The notes below the pieces were generated by a model. That model ran no database searches and had not been told where the DNA came from. It saw only the letters and a list, made by a program, of their open reading frames with translations. Shown here piece after piece: positions 23,816 through 46,379 of a stretch of 64,000 nt of DNA. Source of the DNA: Trichoplax adhaerens (Eukaryota > Animalia > Placozoa); the NCBI RefSeq assembly GCF_000150275.1, contig NW_002060959.1, forward strand, positions 10,632-74,631, in the 5' to 3' direction. The translations under genes and the position numbers were made by a program. The stretch's first letter is position 1. Every line of letters begins with the position of its first letter.

Positions 23816-26800
23816 AATCAGAATACATATAACAGTTTGATCTAAATCATGCTCGCGATTTTTCTATTTGCGGCTGAAAAGAGATTATGACCATTCATCT
23901 GCAAGCTTACGAGATTCTGAAATAGATTTTAACCACCTTTAAAATCTTCAGCTTTCTTTAGCTTTATATAAGCCTGTAGTGATACAAAAAGAATTACAAT
24001 TCGTAAGTCAGAATCAGCAAGGTTCTGAAAGCATCAGGAGCACCACTTTCCTTCTTAAAAACACAAATCGAAGAATTGACAGATTGACATGATCTAAGTC
24101 ATAGTCTATCATAACTAGCTTTACTGATTTTACCCGATTAGTTCACTACGCTGTGATACAGTAGCAATCATATGAGGTGAGAAATCTCGTAATCAGCTTC
24201 TTAGAGTTTCTCAGTCAGAAAGATGTAGTTTAGTCTGCTTATATCAATCATTGATTAATCTAGAAAAATAAACAATACAAATTTTCTGGGTTTTACTGTA
24301 GTTTACTATTGTCAAATTGCCTGTCGAATCCTTTTGAAATCTACAACGATCATTTTCAAGTCTATTTCAAGTCGTCAATAGGTAGTATATCCTTAATGAA
24401 GTTTTAAAAAGCCAAAGAGAGCCGAGAAGATTATATACTACTACCATTTCCAATATCAACGTGAGCTAAGAAAAGACCCAGACTAAAAGATTTCAAAGCA
24501 AAATATAGTTTCTACCTAAGTTTATGTAGTAACTACGCCGGTCGATACTACGCTTAAATTTAAATATCTTTATTCATCATGGATCTCGTTAGCATGAGCT
24601 GATATTTCGTAGAGCATTCAAATGAGAAGCTAGGTTAAATGGAAGTCCTACGAGTGACGAAATTAGGCCCTCTCAAAGCGAATTCAATACGATATATATA
24701 TGACCGCAGTTCATCGAATTGTGCAGATCTAAAATATAATGACGCTTAATAACACCAGCTCTAATTGCCTAGTGTTATATTAATTTTCGACACTTTGGCT
24801 GATAGTGGATCTAGCTTTGATGATGAATTCCCCTACAATACGTAAAAAGGTCAATCCAAATTACTGATCAAATTTATTATGGTTCATGATATGTCATAGA
24901 TTGGTAAGATCACGAAAACGATCCGTTGATTAATTGCCGATAACTTGATATTTTCTTATACCTCAGTTCCTGCTCTTTTCTTTTTGTGCATGTAAGATCA
25001 ATTTCAAGCTTGTAAGAAATTCGTTATGTTGTCTACTGTGTGCGAAGATATCTGAAATGTTTTTACATTAGGTGACTTTAAGTGTAAATTACATGAGTTA
25101 GTCTTATCGCTTATTGACGTTATTTCCTTTACCTATATGCATTAGCTTTTGATTCGTTCATGCTATAAAGTTAATATAAATGATACTGGTAGCAACTATA
25201 CGCAAATAATCGTTTCATATATTTAATAAGAAATGTCTATAGTTTTGGACTGTATGATCCTTGATGTCCATTCGATCAGCTTACCTTCAAGATGTGAATA
25301 TCAGGCAATAGTGTCAGTGCTTTATTTACATAATTAAATTAAAAATTTTGATTATCTTTATGGCCGCGATATGCAAAAGATATGGGCAGCAATGATGGAG
25401 TTGGAAGACAAGTCGTAGATAGCGAATGTCAGATGGTTTATACTCATATCATCATCCCCAATTGTTATGACTAATGCTAATTAAACAGTCTCATTTTACT
25501 TTATTAAACTACTTAAACATAGGATATACGATTTTGTAATATAATTTAATTACAAATCGTGATACAAAAGAGAGAAATATGGTAACCGGTCAGTGGTCAA
25601 CTTATATACTGAAAGTGAATTCAATGATGACTCTACACTACGTTTGTCGGTGTTCTGTAAGCCAAGCAAAGAGATCTTCCTGCCCGAGTTACCAATTCGA
25701 TATATCAGCTCCATAGTTAAGCTAATAAAATTTTCATAACAAGAAAGCAGAAATGAGCTGCATACGTGTAGATTACTACGAGTAGAATCATCTCTGCTAA
25801 CTAATTGATGCCGACTTACTTATATCTTATAATTTACAGTACGAATACGAGTAACAATCATTTTAAGACTTCTAAATGCACGATACAAAGCAATATTACT
25901 CTACTTAGTGAAATTAATCTTATTATTAGATACTTTTTCTAGATAGATTTAGCCCTTTCATGGAAAATGCAGGTAAAATTTTGCATTCATTTTCATCATC
26001 AACGAAGTAATTATTACATCGATTGATTAACTTATTAGTTTTAAGTTTTATATTTATTGCTCTAATTACCTAGATAGTGCCACATTGGCCATTCTTTCCA
26101 TATTAGAGATGTTTCGAGCCTAGAGCTTCTTGTAATCAATTAATCCACAATCTCGGCTTTAATTATAATTACAAGATGACGTAACTGCTATATGAATATT
26201 ATTACGCACGCGTATTTAAAATGGATGCTAAGGCCTTGAGCAGACATCGATCCTGACCTGCAGTGGCTATATTAATTAAATAGCGCTCTACCATATTTAT
26301 TCTGCTCGGCATTCGATAACCTCCAATGTGCATCAAAGTGGCTGCATTGATCTTAAGTTAACTTTCTCAGTTTTTATTCTTTATTGATCGACGTTTAGGA
26401 CATTGAAATTGCTCATTTTATTATAAATAAAGTCAGCTTTAGTCGCTGTTTGAAATGGATAAAACGTAAGTAAACATTTTAGGAAGCAGTTATCATCAAT
26501 TTCTACTTTGTACTTGATAACTTGTTACGAAATGGCTGGTAAGACTCCACTCCATTAATTAGCATCTCTATCGGCTTGTCTGCAGTCAATATATGTACTT
26601 GCTAAGAGTAAGGTGTTAAAGTCTTTATATAAATTATCATCTTAAATTGAATTACCTATAAATGGACTCACGAAAATAACAAGTTGTGATTATTAAAAGT
26701 AGTGAAATCTACAGTAGACTGGTTACTGATCACTTGAATAGTCAGATAAACTTAGTATTTATCAAATTTATCATACCACAATCTCTTCTAGAGCTAAACT

Positions 26801-28040
26801 TCAGAACTTCAATTTTATTGAAATGTCCATCAGTTAAATCGTACAGCTAATCTATATAAACATCTACGAGCTCTGCTTAGATAACTTTATTAAACCATTT
26901 CGATTATCTACGTAAATGTGCCTCAAAACATAGATCAAAAAGTGCTAATATCGGCGAATTCCAAACTACGCTTTAACGTTTTAATTATCTTCCAAATACT
27001 ACGCTATAGTTTTTCTATAAAATTCGTATAATTCGATGTTCTGCTATAATAAAATAAAATTAAGATAGATAGCAAACGAATAAGTATCTACGGTACAAGT
27101 TTACTAGCTAACAACTATCAGTTACTTTCGTTAATTTATGCTGCATATTATTATAATATCTAATCTGTAAGAATTTCCCTTAAGTTACCGTAAATTAGCA
27201 GCTGATAAACTACTTCTTTAATTTCTTATTATCTACTGTCGTCAGGAATATCGACGTCACATAGCATCATGAATTTTAAACAATCAGACTCGATTTAGGT
27301 ATAAAGTGTAGATAGATCATTAACCTGCAAAGCGATCTACGTACATATTATCCTGCTGTCTCGTTATCATTATAATACAATGAAAATATGTTTAATCCAT
27401 TAACTTTTATCCATTTGTAAGTGATCTAGACTGCAATTATAGCGACTAAGATCGAAATAGATAATTTCTGCTTATTAAATACGTCAATTCCTATTTTTAT
27501 CTGATTGAGATGTGATCTTTGCCCAGATACCATTTTGTTTCATACTAATATAGACTTTTGCTAATTTCTGAAAATTTAAAGCAAAATTTAGTGAATTCGA
27601 CCCATAATAGCAGAATATAAGTGAAAAAGAATGCTATAAGTTCTACACATAACAATAACTGTTAATAGTGCCCTAGTTTATTAAGGAATTAAAGTTCAAG
27701 TAATATAAATTAAGACATTGCCGATATGTCTACTACAGAAATTACATTAATCTTGTATTAAAGTACTATCAATTTTTACCATTTTTATACAAATCTAATA
27801 ATTATTGTCTATTAAATTATTACAAGCGTTGTAAGAACATTCGAAATTTTTCTTTACAATGGCGAAACTGTGCGAGTTAATAATCCAGATTCACGTAAGC
27901 GATACTTGCTAGTAATTTACAACTATATTTGCTGATATAACGTTTATACATTATCGTCTTTATGTCTAATCATTAAAACTATCTTCAACACCGCAGTGCA
28001 AATAATCAAAATACGTATATCTCTTTTTACATAACGATAG

Positions 28041-31000
28041 CTGCACAACGCTATTTTAACCTGATTATCAAAGATATTGGCGCAGAATGGAAAGACTTAG
28101 CTAGAGTCCTAGATTTTGATCAGACCCAAATTAAAACTATTAAAGCCAATAATCCTCTCGATGTCAATGACCAATGTGCGGAGATGTTACATGTACAACA
28201 TAATACGAAAGGGAAAAGTTTCAACAAGTTAGAGCTAATTAAAGCTCTCTATGAAGCTAATTTAGCTGCAGTTGCAGAAAAGATAAACATCGATCCGGAT
28301 GAGATAACCCAAGATCCTGGTAAATATCGTCATTGTTTAATATTTTTACTTGACGTAGAAAATTGTTAATTAACTACTATACTAATATGAATATTAGAGT
28401 TATTGCATCATGAATTAAGATTAGTATCGACACAGCAGTAGAGTTGATCACTAGAATAACTAATAGTTACAGTATAATGAAATTAATTAATGAGAGATAA
28501 ATATGTATAATTACTACTTGAAATTTAAAACCTATATGTAGTGAGAGCCAGCAAGCATTAAACAGTAATAAAGATCAAGGTCAAGTACATAAAATTGTTC
28601 ATTTAAAATAACTAGAATATATTCAGTGAAAGAGTAAGACATATATCATATTGTATAAATGCTACAGAATTGACAAAATCCTTTTAGTTATAAATGTCAC
28701 AAAGACACGATATCGCAATGTATCAAAGTCAAAGGCATGAAATTAGGGATTTAAACAGATAGATTATAATTAACAAAAAGTGCAATCAAGGCTCAATGTA
28801 ACAGAATTAACTAGTGTAATACTTAGAGAAGTTACAACAGAAAGAAATGATAAGTTAATAGTTTAGTTAATATAGATTGTTCTGCTATGATTTGATTTTA
28901 TAAATGCACATATAACAATGTGCACTTTTACTTTGAAAAAAAATTTGTACTAAAAGTTATCATAGCTAAACAAACTAACTTACATTACGATTACTTAATT
29001 AATGTTCTATTCTACTTAAAATTACTGCATTAGCAAGATTAAACTAGCTATAAGTAATTGGCCGCTACCGCTAACTTTATCAAGCCTACATAGCATGATG
29101 CTTATGTTATAAACCTGCAATAAGAATCAGGTTATCAACTAATTACATAATTTCCTTTTGATTTTTTCTATTGTATAGGTAATAGTGGATCAAAAATTAA
29201 TCGTCAGCAGAGTACTGGTATGATAAATTATATAACAAGTACTAGCAGCGTCCTAGTAGACATTTTTAGCTTTACGTATTGTAATACATGAATCTATGAT
29301 TTAAAGTCCATCAATTAGATAAATGCTATTACTAATCAAATGTTGCAGATACTACCGAATATCTCTTTGATGTGGCAGATAAACTACAAGAAGATTGGAT
29401 TAAATTAGTACCAAGGTTGGATCGAGAAGGAAAGATTGATATTAAAAAGATTCAAAATAAGAGTAACGACCACTTTGATCGTGGTTTTGAATTTTTGGAT
29501 AAATGGCATGGAATATATGGTAAATCTGCTACCAAAAATAAATTAAAAGCGGCGCTAAAAGTTATTAAGAGGGCTGATGTCGCAGACGAGATTGGTATTT
29601 AAATTAATCTAATATAACGTAAAACTCACTATGAATTTATATTCGTTTTATAAGGAATATCAAATTACAATAAACTGTGATATCGTGTCACTATCACGGA
29701 AAACAATTTATAATGTACTAGTATTAGATTATATTGATGTATAAAATATTACCAGATATTTAATTTTTAGTCATTTAGAGCATATACTAGGCATATTATC
29801 CATGTAGTGTATTACAGCTGTCGATTAAAGTTGGTTAAAAGAGGTTATTCTTTATTCCAGACAACACCATAACCGGAGGCCAAAGTACCATGGCAGTCTC
29901 GTCGGCTCCGAATACAGCTACTACAATTGACAGCTCGATTAAACCTGCAATAACTACTGCTGAACAAGGTAGTTAATATATTGTTTCCATATATAAGTCA
30001 ATTTAGGATTCTTGCTATTTAGTATATCAAGTATTAGTTTTAAAAGCGCTGTAAAATAAACTTTCTAGCAAGTTCTTCAAGGTAGCTTTTCACAAAGTTT
30101 ACTATACCCATTATTCCAGAGTGATATAGTCATTCACTGAATCATTCATACTTAGAATAATAAAGGATAGCAAACAAAGTTCAACTAGGTAGATATCCCA
30201 TCAGTAAGTTGATTGTAGGTCATTGATTGATAGACAAGTCGTATGATACTTTAAATAATTATGTATTAGGCAAGTCTATTGATTTTACTAACCTTGATCA
30301 TTAGTCATATTCAAGTATGTAATTTATTTTGTAGTGGTATTTCTACAACCTTAACGTATAGCCTATTTTATGCATTTGAGATAATTTTACGAGAAGATAA
30401 AATTTACCTTATATTAGACTAGTTGATAGAATCCTTACCTGCAGTAATTCTATATCTAACTACTTGAAGGAATTTATAAGTTTGCTTAACTAAAAAACAT
30501 ATTGTGTTTATGCATACTGTATCCGAGTATGCTTTCTATCAATACTAATCCAGAATATTAAACCTGTTGTATGAATTCTGATCAAGGTGGAAGAGCTACG
30601 GATCCCATAAAAGATGGTAAATTAGTAATAGTCATCTGCTTATTTTAATTACTTTCTTGCAACATACATTAGCTTAATGCTCAGATTTGATAGTCAATCA
30701 TATATACCGTTGATTATGTCCTTAATTATTTACCTATATTTGCTATGGATTTTAACAATAACATTTGATAAATGATATGTTACTTATTAAGATTTATTTA
30801 TTTACAATACTACATCCTCACTAAGTATCAAATTTGTAGCTAAGTTATTAAGTTGCTTTAATCCCGATTAATTCATGGCCACAGTATATGTAGCATAGAA
30901 GAATTCTTATCAAGATACCACACCTGTCGCATTCAAGTATTAATACCGTAGTTTAATACCAACATAGACTACATAAACTAGGCTACACTATTGCCAACGA

Positions 31001-31389
31001 TGTTCGGTATTTCGGATCACATACAGATATTAATAAGTTAGGCTAGAAATTTTAGTAATGAAAATGAATCCATGATAATTACAGCGAAATTACACATTTA
31101 CTTCAATGCTTTGATGTTCTATATAGAGGGTAGAAGGCGCGAAATCTTCATGTATTTAGCTGATAGAATAAAATCAAAGAAATTAAAAGAATTTGGTCGA
31201 AAATTGAAATTAAATCCTAATGATGTTGATGACATAACCGATACGAACGATGTCAGATTTGACAAGTGTATTCATCTGTTGGAAACATGGTATACTACAT
31301 TTGCTTCAGAAGCGACATTTGATGTATTACTATCAGTTTTGAAAAGTTGCAAAGAGACATTAATAGCCGATGAATTAAAAAAAAATTAA
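28041..31389 (+). CDS. Triple death-domain protein (DD-C, DD-B, DD-A with linkers); first exon uncertain
   Basis: Exons 28041-28319 (..IGAEWKDLARVLDFDQTQIKTIKANNPLDVNDQCAEML..), 29179-29217, 29349-29594 (..VADKLQEDWIKLVPRL..KWHGIYGKSAT..), 29861-29968, [30554-30616 damaged], 31127-31389; all introns are phase 1 and GT-AG. Confidence 0.75.
30554..30616 (+). pseudogene. Damaged linker exon with in-frame TAA
   Basis: Homolog of the ..DPIQD linker (ends TDPIKD|gtaaat), but the spliced frame reads E-Y-stop. Confidence 0.6.
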
Positions 31390-33731
31390 TTTTGCTGATG
31401 CCAAAATTATCACTACGTAATGATTGTATGAATGGAATTGGAAAGATAAATTATAAACTTAGAAAGGCGACCGGGCAATGTTATGTGCATAAATTTTACT
31501 GGTGGAATGGCTACTCTAGAAAATTTTGATTTAGTATAATTAAATTATGGCTTTACAAACCATTTCATTCCTTACATTTTTAGAATGATTTTATACTTAC
31601 TACTTCATGCTGCATTGTCATAACATTTTCTACTGGATTAAAGTTCGATCTTTGATGCTTAGAATGAAGAAATTGATGACTGAGAAAGTTTCTTGTGCTT
31701 ACACCTACTTGTGAAATACCATTCATTATTTTAATTTAGAAAATTAATTCATGTTGAAGTTTATTGACGTTTTCCAAGTTATTTTACCTTTGCTTGTGAA
31801 ATCTATATAACAGATCTTTTACAGCCATTATTTTATCACGATAGGATCATTTATTACAAATGAACACAGGTAAAGAGAAATTAGTTTAACACCTACATCT
31901 TGTAATTAATGGTATATTTTTATATAAGATGTCTGTAAAGTGCCTTAGTTTGACAGGCTGTTCGATGCAACATTTGCCATACTTTTGCTTGCTTTAAGGA
32001 AGTATTACTTCTGTGTCGATTATGTATTGTTTTAATCAATTTCTTAATGAAAACGATTTCATGGCATCAAATAAATTAACATGTATTTATTTTACTCAGA
32101 ATAGAACTGTCGTAGATTTAATTACATTGATAATACATTGTTTATATGAGACTTAAAATACAAGTAGAAGAGAAATAAATACTTCTTTACCTATAACACT
32201 AATGCATTGTCTATATCAGATTTTATGCGTATGTAGAGGAGAAATAAATATCTTAGCATGCTTATTAAACTAACAGGGAATAGATAGATTGCAGAAAGGA
32301 AATAGAGTACAAAAAACTGCTACCTTATGGAATAGAAAACCGTGAAAAGTATTTCTTGAAAATTTTATTACTTTCCATAATTACTGGTACTCTTTCTATT
32401 CTGACTGCTCGTTCTAAAGTTGAATGACGAATCAAAATCGTAAATAGCAATGTCACAGCTAATTTATGTCTTTGTAATGTACAATTATTGTTCAGAATAT
32501 TATAGTAATACTTCTGTAAGCGTATTACATAATTACTAAGGGTATACATGATCATCCAAAGCGTTTATGCACCATATAAAACATATACAATATATCAATA
32601 ATAATATCTATTTTCTATAATGTATGTTCTACTTATTGTTTTGGAATGATAGCTTATGCTTATATTGCAGTGTCTGCGTAAATTATTAGCTAAGAATTTG
32701 CTTCAAGTCTTTATATACTTCTGTCCTTCTCCTTCAGGTTTAGATCGATTTTGCTATTTGACTAATATTAGTGAAATTTTTGTAATGCTCCTTATTCTCG
32801 TACGCGTGTTACAATATATATTATCAAAAAGACCGTCTAAGTCCTAGCAACTACACTAAAGATAATTTATGTGCTGCTTTTCAATTTTATTAATTATATA
32901 GTCTGCAACAGATATTGGAAAGTATGATGCTGAGCTGTAAAGAATGATAAAGTATTTCAATAGTCGCTTATAGGGCGGTAAATCCGAGTTATTAGTAGTA
33001 TTGATCAAGATAGTTCAGTCACTGAAACGTATAGATTATTTGCCTTATAAAAAAGTAGTGTGTGAGGTAAAGTAGTTTTTGTATGAATGTATAATACACA
33101 ATAACTTTGGTACTGGATACAAGTAATTTGTAAAAGATTTATTTATGCTTGATTTAAATTACGCTGGAAATAATACTTTTATATTAACTGAAATAAATGG
33201 CCGCAATTGTAATTCACAATTATCTAGTACTGCCGAAACCAAACATACTACAGCATATCAACTCATGTAAAAATATTGAATTTCAGTATCTATGTACGAT
33301 ATCCGTATATTGTAATGAAATTGAATTGCATAATTAAAAATGGATATCTTAAAATTTATAAGTAATTATCATCAACTATTACGTTAACTAATTTTTTGTG
33401 CAATTGAATAACATGACTATACTGTAGTTAACGACAGCAGTTTTACTTGTTAAGTATAACTTTTCCCTACTAACAGAAAGTACATCAAAGCTTGTAATAG
33501 TCGATACAGTCGGCTAGACAAATAACATCACATACTGCTACAATAATTATAAAGGCGTTATGACTTAACACATCGAAATTTAATTTGCTAAATTTATAAA
33601 TTTCTTCCTGACATTTACCTTTATTTGATAAATGTTTCGACTAATGTACTTATAAATTTTAGTAACATAGAAAACTTATCAGTTCATAACACTTTGTTTA
33701 TTCAGCAATCGGCGAAATTAAGCATTTAGCT

Positions 33732-42376
<8,645 letters not shown>

Positions 42377-44147
42377 CTGCAATAATTCAATCAATATGCA
42401 TGGTCAGCTAGAGTCGTTCATGCTCAACCTTCAACTTAGTCGGATGATTGATCTACTGTCATTGAGGTGCGATAGACTAGATGCACTCTCATATGAATCG
42501 GCATGACTGCTAAGGGTACGTGGATCGCAACGTGCTCCATTGCTTCCGTCCAGGTAGCCTGCATTGGCGAGCTGGGTTGGCTTAGTAAAAAATTGTTTTA
42601 CCATCGCCCGTTGTTTCCAAAAGAGTACAGTACTGTCCTAGACCTGTTTGCCCTAATCTGGTATGTCCAGACCGTAGAGGTAAGGTGAAAAAGAGTCTGT
42701 TTTTTAAATCTCAATTCAAACCCGAGTCCATCTCTGAATCGATTCACGGCTCTACAAAAACTTCCTTCCTCGTATGCTCTCCGCCCTCGCCCAATTCAAT
42801 TTTATTTTCTACCGATGACGTACGTCAACATTTCCATTTTCAGGTACAGTATAGTGACACGGCAGGTCTAGTGACACCTAGCGTCGACACCACGATCGCA
42901 CGACCGAAGGTTAAGGTTGCGCGACTGTCGCAAAAGAGTATCACGCCATTGATATCGCGAGTACTGGACAGTGTACTGTATTTTACTGTGGTTTTACTAC
43001 TGTACTGTGCATAGTTGACTATCGCGCTAGACTAGCCACTCCCCATAGTCGAGCCTTATGGTGGAGGTGACGCATTGAGTGGGTATGACTCAGTGCTAGG
43101 TGAATGTGCCAGCCGGCATCCGTCTGACACATTGCTCCATACAATCCAACTGATGATCAGTGGGCACTGTTGAGTGTTGAGGGATTGCATAGCTATTCGT
43201 TCGGTTTAGTATCCAACTACGCTTGAACAGTATTGTAAAATGGTGCAACAAGTATAGCCTGATTCGGTCTCCAATGACTTGATAGCCATACCTTGCTTTG
43301 GTGGTGATGCAAGTCGTTTCACGTAGTCAATAAAGTACAAGACACGACCGTATTCCACGGTCACTCCACGTTGACATGGTTATGGATGACTGTACCACTG
43401 CGCAGTGCGCAGTGCGCTTTACTCTTCTACGTACGGTGCATAACCATCAACAATGTTCAATATCTGATCGTTCAAACCAGTCATTTCGCTTTACTCTTCT
43501 GTACAGTATTGTACTGTACTGTACATAACCATCTCCAATGTTCAATATCTGGTCATTCGAGCCTGTCATTTCCCACGACATGGCGGATCCAGAATTGCCG
43601 GTAAAACTGTTTCAGCGGCATTTTTGCATGTATTTTACAGGGAAATATTTGGGCCTACTGATCATGGACTACTATCGCTATACAGTGCATGGATTAGTCC
43701 ATGGTGAGGTATTAAATGGAGTGGATGGTGTAATCCGTCGCCGGAATCGTATGGAATACAGTAATATCTAATCTACGGTGCTGTCAGGTACAGACTGTAT
43801 AAATAGTACCTGTTGTTTGAAAAACAACATTTTTTTTAAAGCTATTTTTGAAATGCCATCCAAGTATGGCTGAGCCTTGAACCACTAGGACCTTGGAAAA
43901 GAACGATACAGTAACTGAAACTGTTACTAACAGCCCTGTTAGCCATTTAACAGTAATATTAAAAGTCATTATGTCACGCCGAACAATGATCTCGCAAAGT
44001 TGGAAGCCCTTAACCGATTGAGTACAAGCTGCATTGACATAAGTCCATTTAGATATAGTCGTTCCATACTCATCATGTCAATTCAGAATACCCTAAACCC
44101 CTAAATTAGCGATGCGATTGAAATTGAAGAGAAAAAAAATAGCTTAC

Positions 44148-44260
44148 CTTTCTTATCTTCTTCTTCTGTGTCTTTTTTTTCAGCCCAAAATAATGGCACG
44201 ATCTGATCAGATTGTTATTTGACTTGAAATCGGCCAAATAACCCTGCAGGAATTCACGTA
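44148..44260 (-). other. Probable non-coding first exon of FASN (intron 44147-42377); 5' boundary approximate
   Basis: The FASN ATG is directly preceded by acceptor ttgcag; strong donor AAG|gtaagc at 44148/44147; CCAAT boxes just upstream. Confidence 0.5.
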
Positions 44261-44302
44261 GCTGTATCTTGCAATACAGTTGCGATAATTATGGAATTTG
44301 GA

Positions 44303-44364
44303 GGAGATTGGAAGCCAATTTATTACATCAATCTTCGATGCAATCAAATTGGCTTTCAATCTCC
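44303..44364. repeat. Imperfect inverted repeat/hairpin in the putative FASN promoter
   Basis: ggagattggaagccaattt ... aaattggctttcaatctcc (1 mismatch in 19), with inner pairing attacatc/gatgcaat. Confidence 0.8.
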
Positions 44365-44668
44365 AACCAATCAGCTTGTCGGTTGCTTCAAAATCTCGCT
44401 CGGGCCATCAATAATAAATAATAGGCTGGAGTCACAGAGATCCGGATTGGGACCCGCGGGACGGACTCATTGTACTGTAGACTACAGTGTACAGTACAGC
44501 ATAGTACGGTACATTCCATGAGACCATGCATAGACGCATGATTCATTGGTACAGGTGTGAACAATCATTATGGACATGCACTTTGTGCAGTACATTGTAC
44601 TATTCAAAACAGTACTGTAGTGTACTGTACTGTACACTGTACATCTCAACCAGTGCACTGGGCACGGC

Positions 44669-44714
44669 AATGTGCTAACTACCCACACTCATTAGTGTGG
44701 GTAGTTAGCACATT
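44669..44714. repeat. Perfect 21-bp inverted repeat with 4-nt loop
   Basis: aatgtgctaactacccacact-catt-agtgtgggtagttagcacatt. Confidence 0.95.
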
Positions 44715-44892
44715 TTGGGGTATTGCTATATTTCGTCTAGGTCTTTTAGCACATTTTTGGTTAATACCATATTGAGTGCTACTGTTCAGGGCGTATGACT
44801 ACAGTAGTGAATTAATACAAAATTCCAATTCCAATTAGGACTTCTGTCATTTAGATATTAATTACAATTAGTAGTACAGTGAATTGCCATTA

Positions 44893-44930
44893 TACTGCTT
44901 GGTGGATAGGTGGGGGCATATGCCGAGTAA
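44893..44930 (+). pseudogene. 3'-terminal fragment of a fourth copy of the secreted Cys-rich protein gene
   Basis: tactgcttggtggataggtgggggcatatgccgagtaa matches 53441-53477 plus 1 extra G; downstream ~45000-45620 resembles ~53730-54345. Confidence 0.8.
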
Positions 44931-46379
44931 AAATTGCATCTCCTATTTCAAGGGTTGTTTCGTATTTTACAACATCACTACCATATAATACCATATAGAT
45001 ATTGTATTTTGTTAGTATTATTATCATGTAATTAGGAGATGAAAACAAGAAGCATCATTTCAGTTTATTGGTGGATTCTACATAGCAGATGGTTATTATA
45101 ACTGTAGCTATTTTACAAATAGATTAAAATTAACGTTATAATAATGCTATGGCAGCCCTATTTTTAATAGCGTATAGCTGTTATGAATTATTGGCCAAAT
45201 AGTAGCTGTATACTCAATGTTATCCAATAGGAATGTAATCAAATTTTTTTAATTTATCCATTTGTGTTCAACTTTTCACGAATGTTACTAGCAGTTTCTA
45301 ACAAAATCATGCAAACTTAAAATCGATCAACGATAGATCGCTCATGGACTTAGAGAATTCCTAGTGTCGCATTAATTTTAACCTTATCAATTGAATGCTT
45401 CAAAATTAATCACTGCTAACCAATATTGGTAACCAAATCACAACAGCTCTACAGTAACAACATCAATAGCAGAGTATCTTCAACTCTGTCTCAGTCTGCC
45501 ATATATCGTCATTTGTATTGACTGGTTATGGAATAATAATAATAGAATCAGATATAAGCTTCTACAGTAGAAAGTGCAGTATAATCAATCAGGAGGCAAT
45601 ATCCGTTCATCCGATTTACTTCAATAAATATGTATGTTGTGATTTATGATGAGTTTGATCTTTATACTAGTAAAGTGATAATTAACATCCAACATAAACA
45701 ACGATAAAGCAATAAAAGTAATGGATTCTTATGGTATAAAATGTTAATTTAAAGGAAGAGATAACCCGTTTTTGTAATAACTTTTTACTATCCACCAATT
45801 GAGGTAAATTAAATGTAGTGATACTAGGCAATAGGAAATTTTGAATACCGTTTTTAAATAATTTGTGTTTTAAATTGAGGCTAGAAATAGAAGAATCAAT
45901 GCTGCAGTTTTCTTTCAATTAATTCAGAAGCCCATTTAATCCGTAAGCTAGCTATCAAAGTAGTAAATTTGGCTGGTAGTATAAACTGCGTAATGAAGTG
46001 TTACGGTATTGCGTTGCCTAAATTATAGAATTTAAGAAAGTATTATCACTGACAGTGTTTCAGTATTATAGTATAGTAAATGTTTACGTTAGACTAGTCA
46101 ACTTGCCAGGAAGTAGTCTGTGACAGGAAGTTAATCTAACTTTTCATATCACAATCTTGTATATCGCTAAATCACTTTTCTTTTACATTGAACTCAGCAG
46201 AAGACTCCTAACTCATCTCGCTGAAGTTAGCTAACAGCTCTAGTTTAAATTAATTAAAAAATACTGTAAATATACAGCCTCCACCGAAAATCATTCCATT
46301 GAAGCCAGTTATTTTAGATAAAATTAGACATTTGTTTCAGTAGACATATACAAACATAAATCGTGTTATCAAGTCAAAA

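Noticed and set aside
27727-27894. Candidate first exon(s) of the triple-DD gene
   Set aside because: ATG at 27859 gives phase 0 at the gtaag donor, incompatible with the phase-1 DD exon; the alternative two-exon start relies on weak sites
42503-44775. Cluster of short ORFs upstream of FASN
   Set aside because: Low-complexity tactgta/tacagta-rich intron and promoter DNA without protein-like motifs
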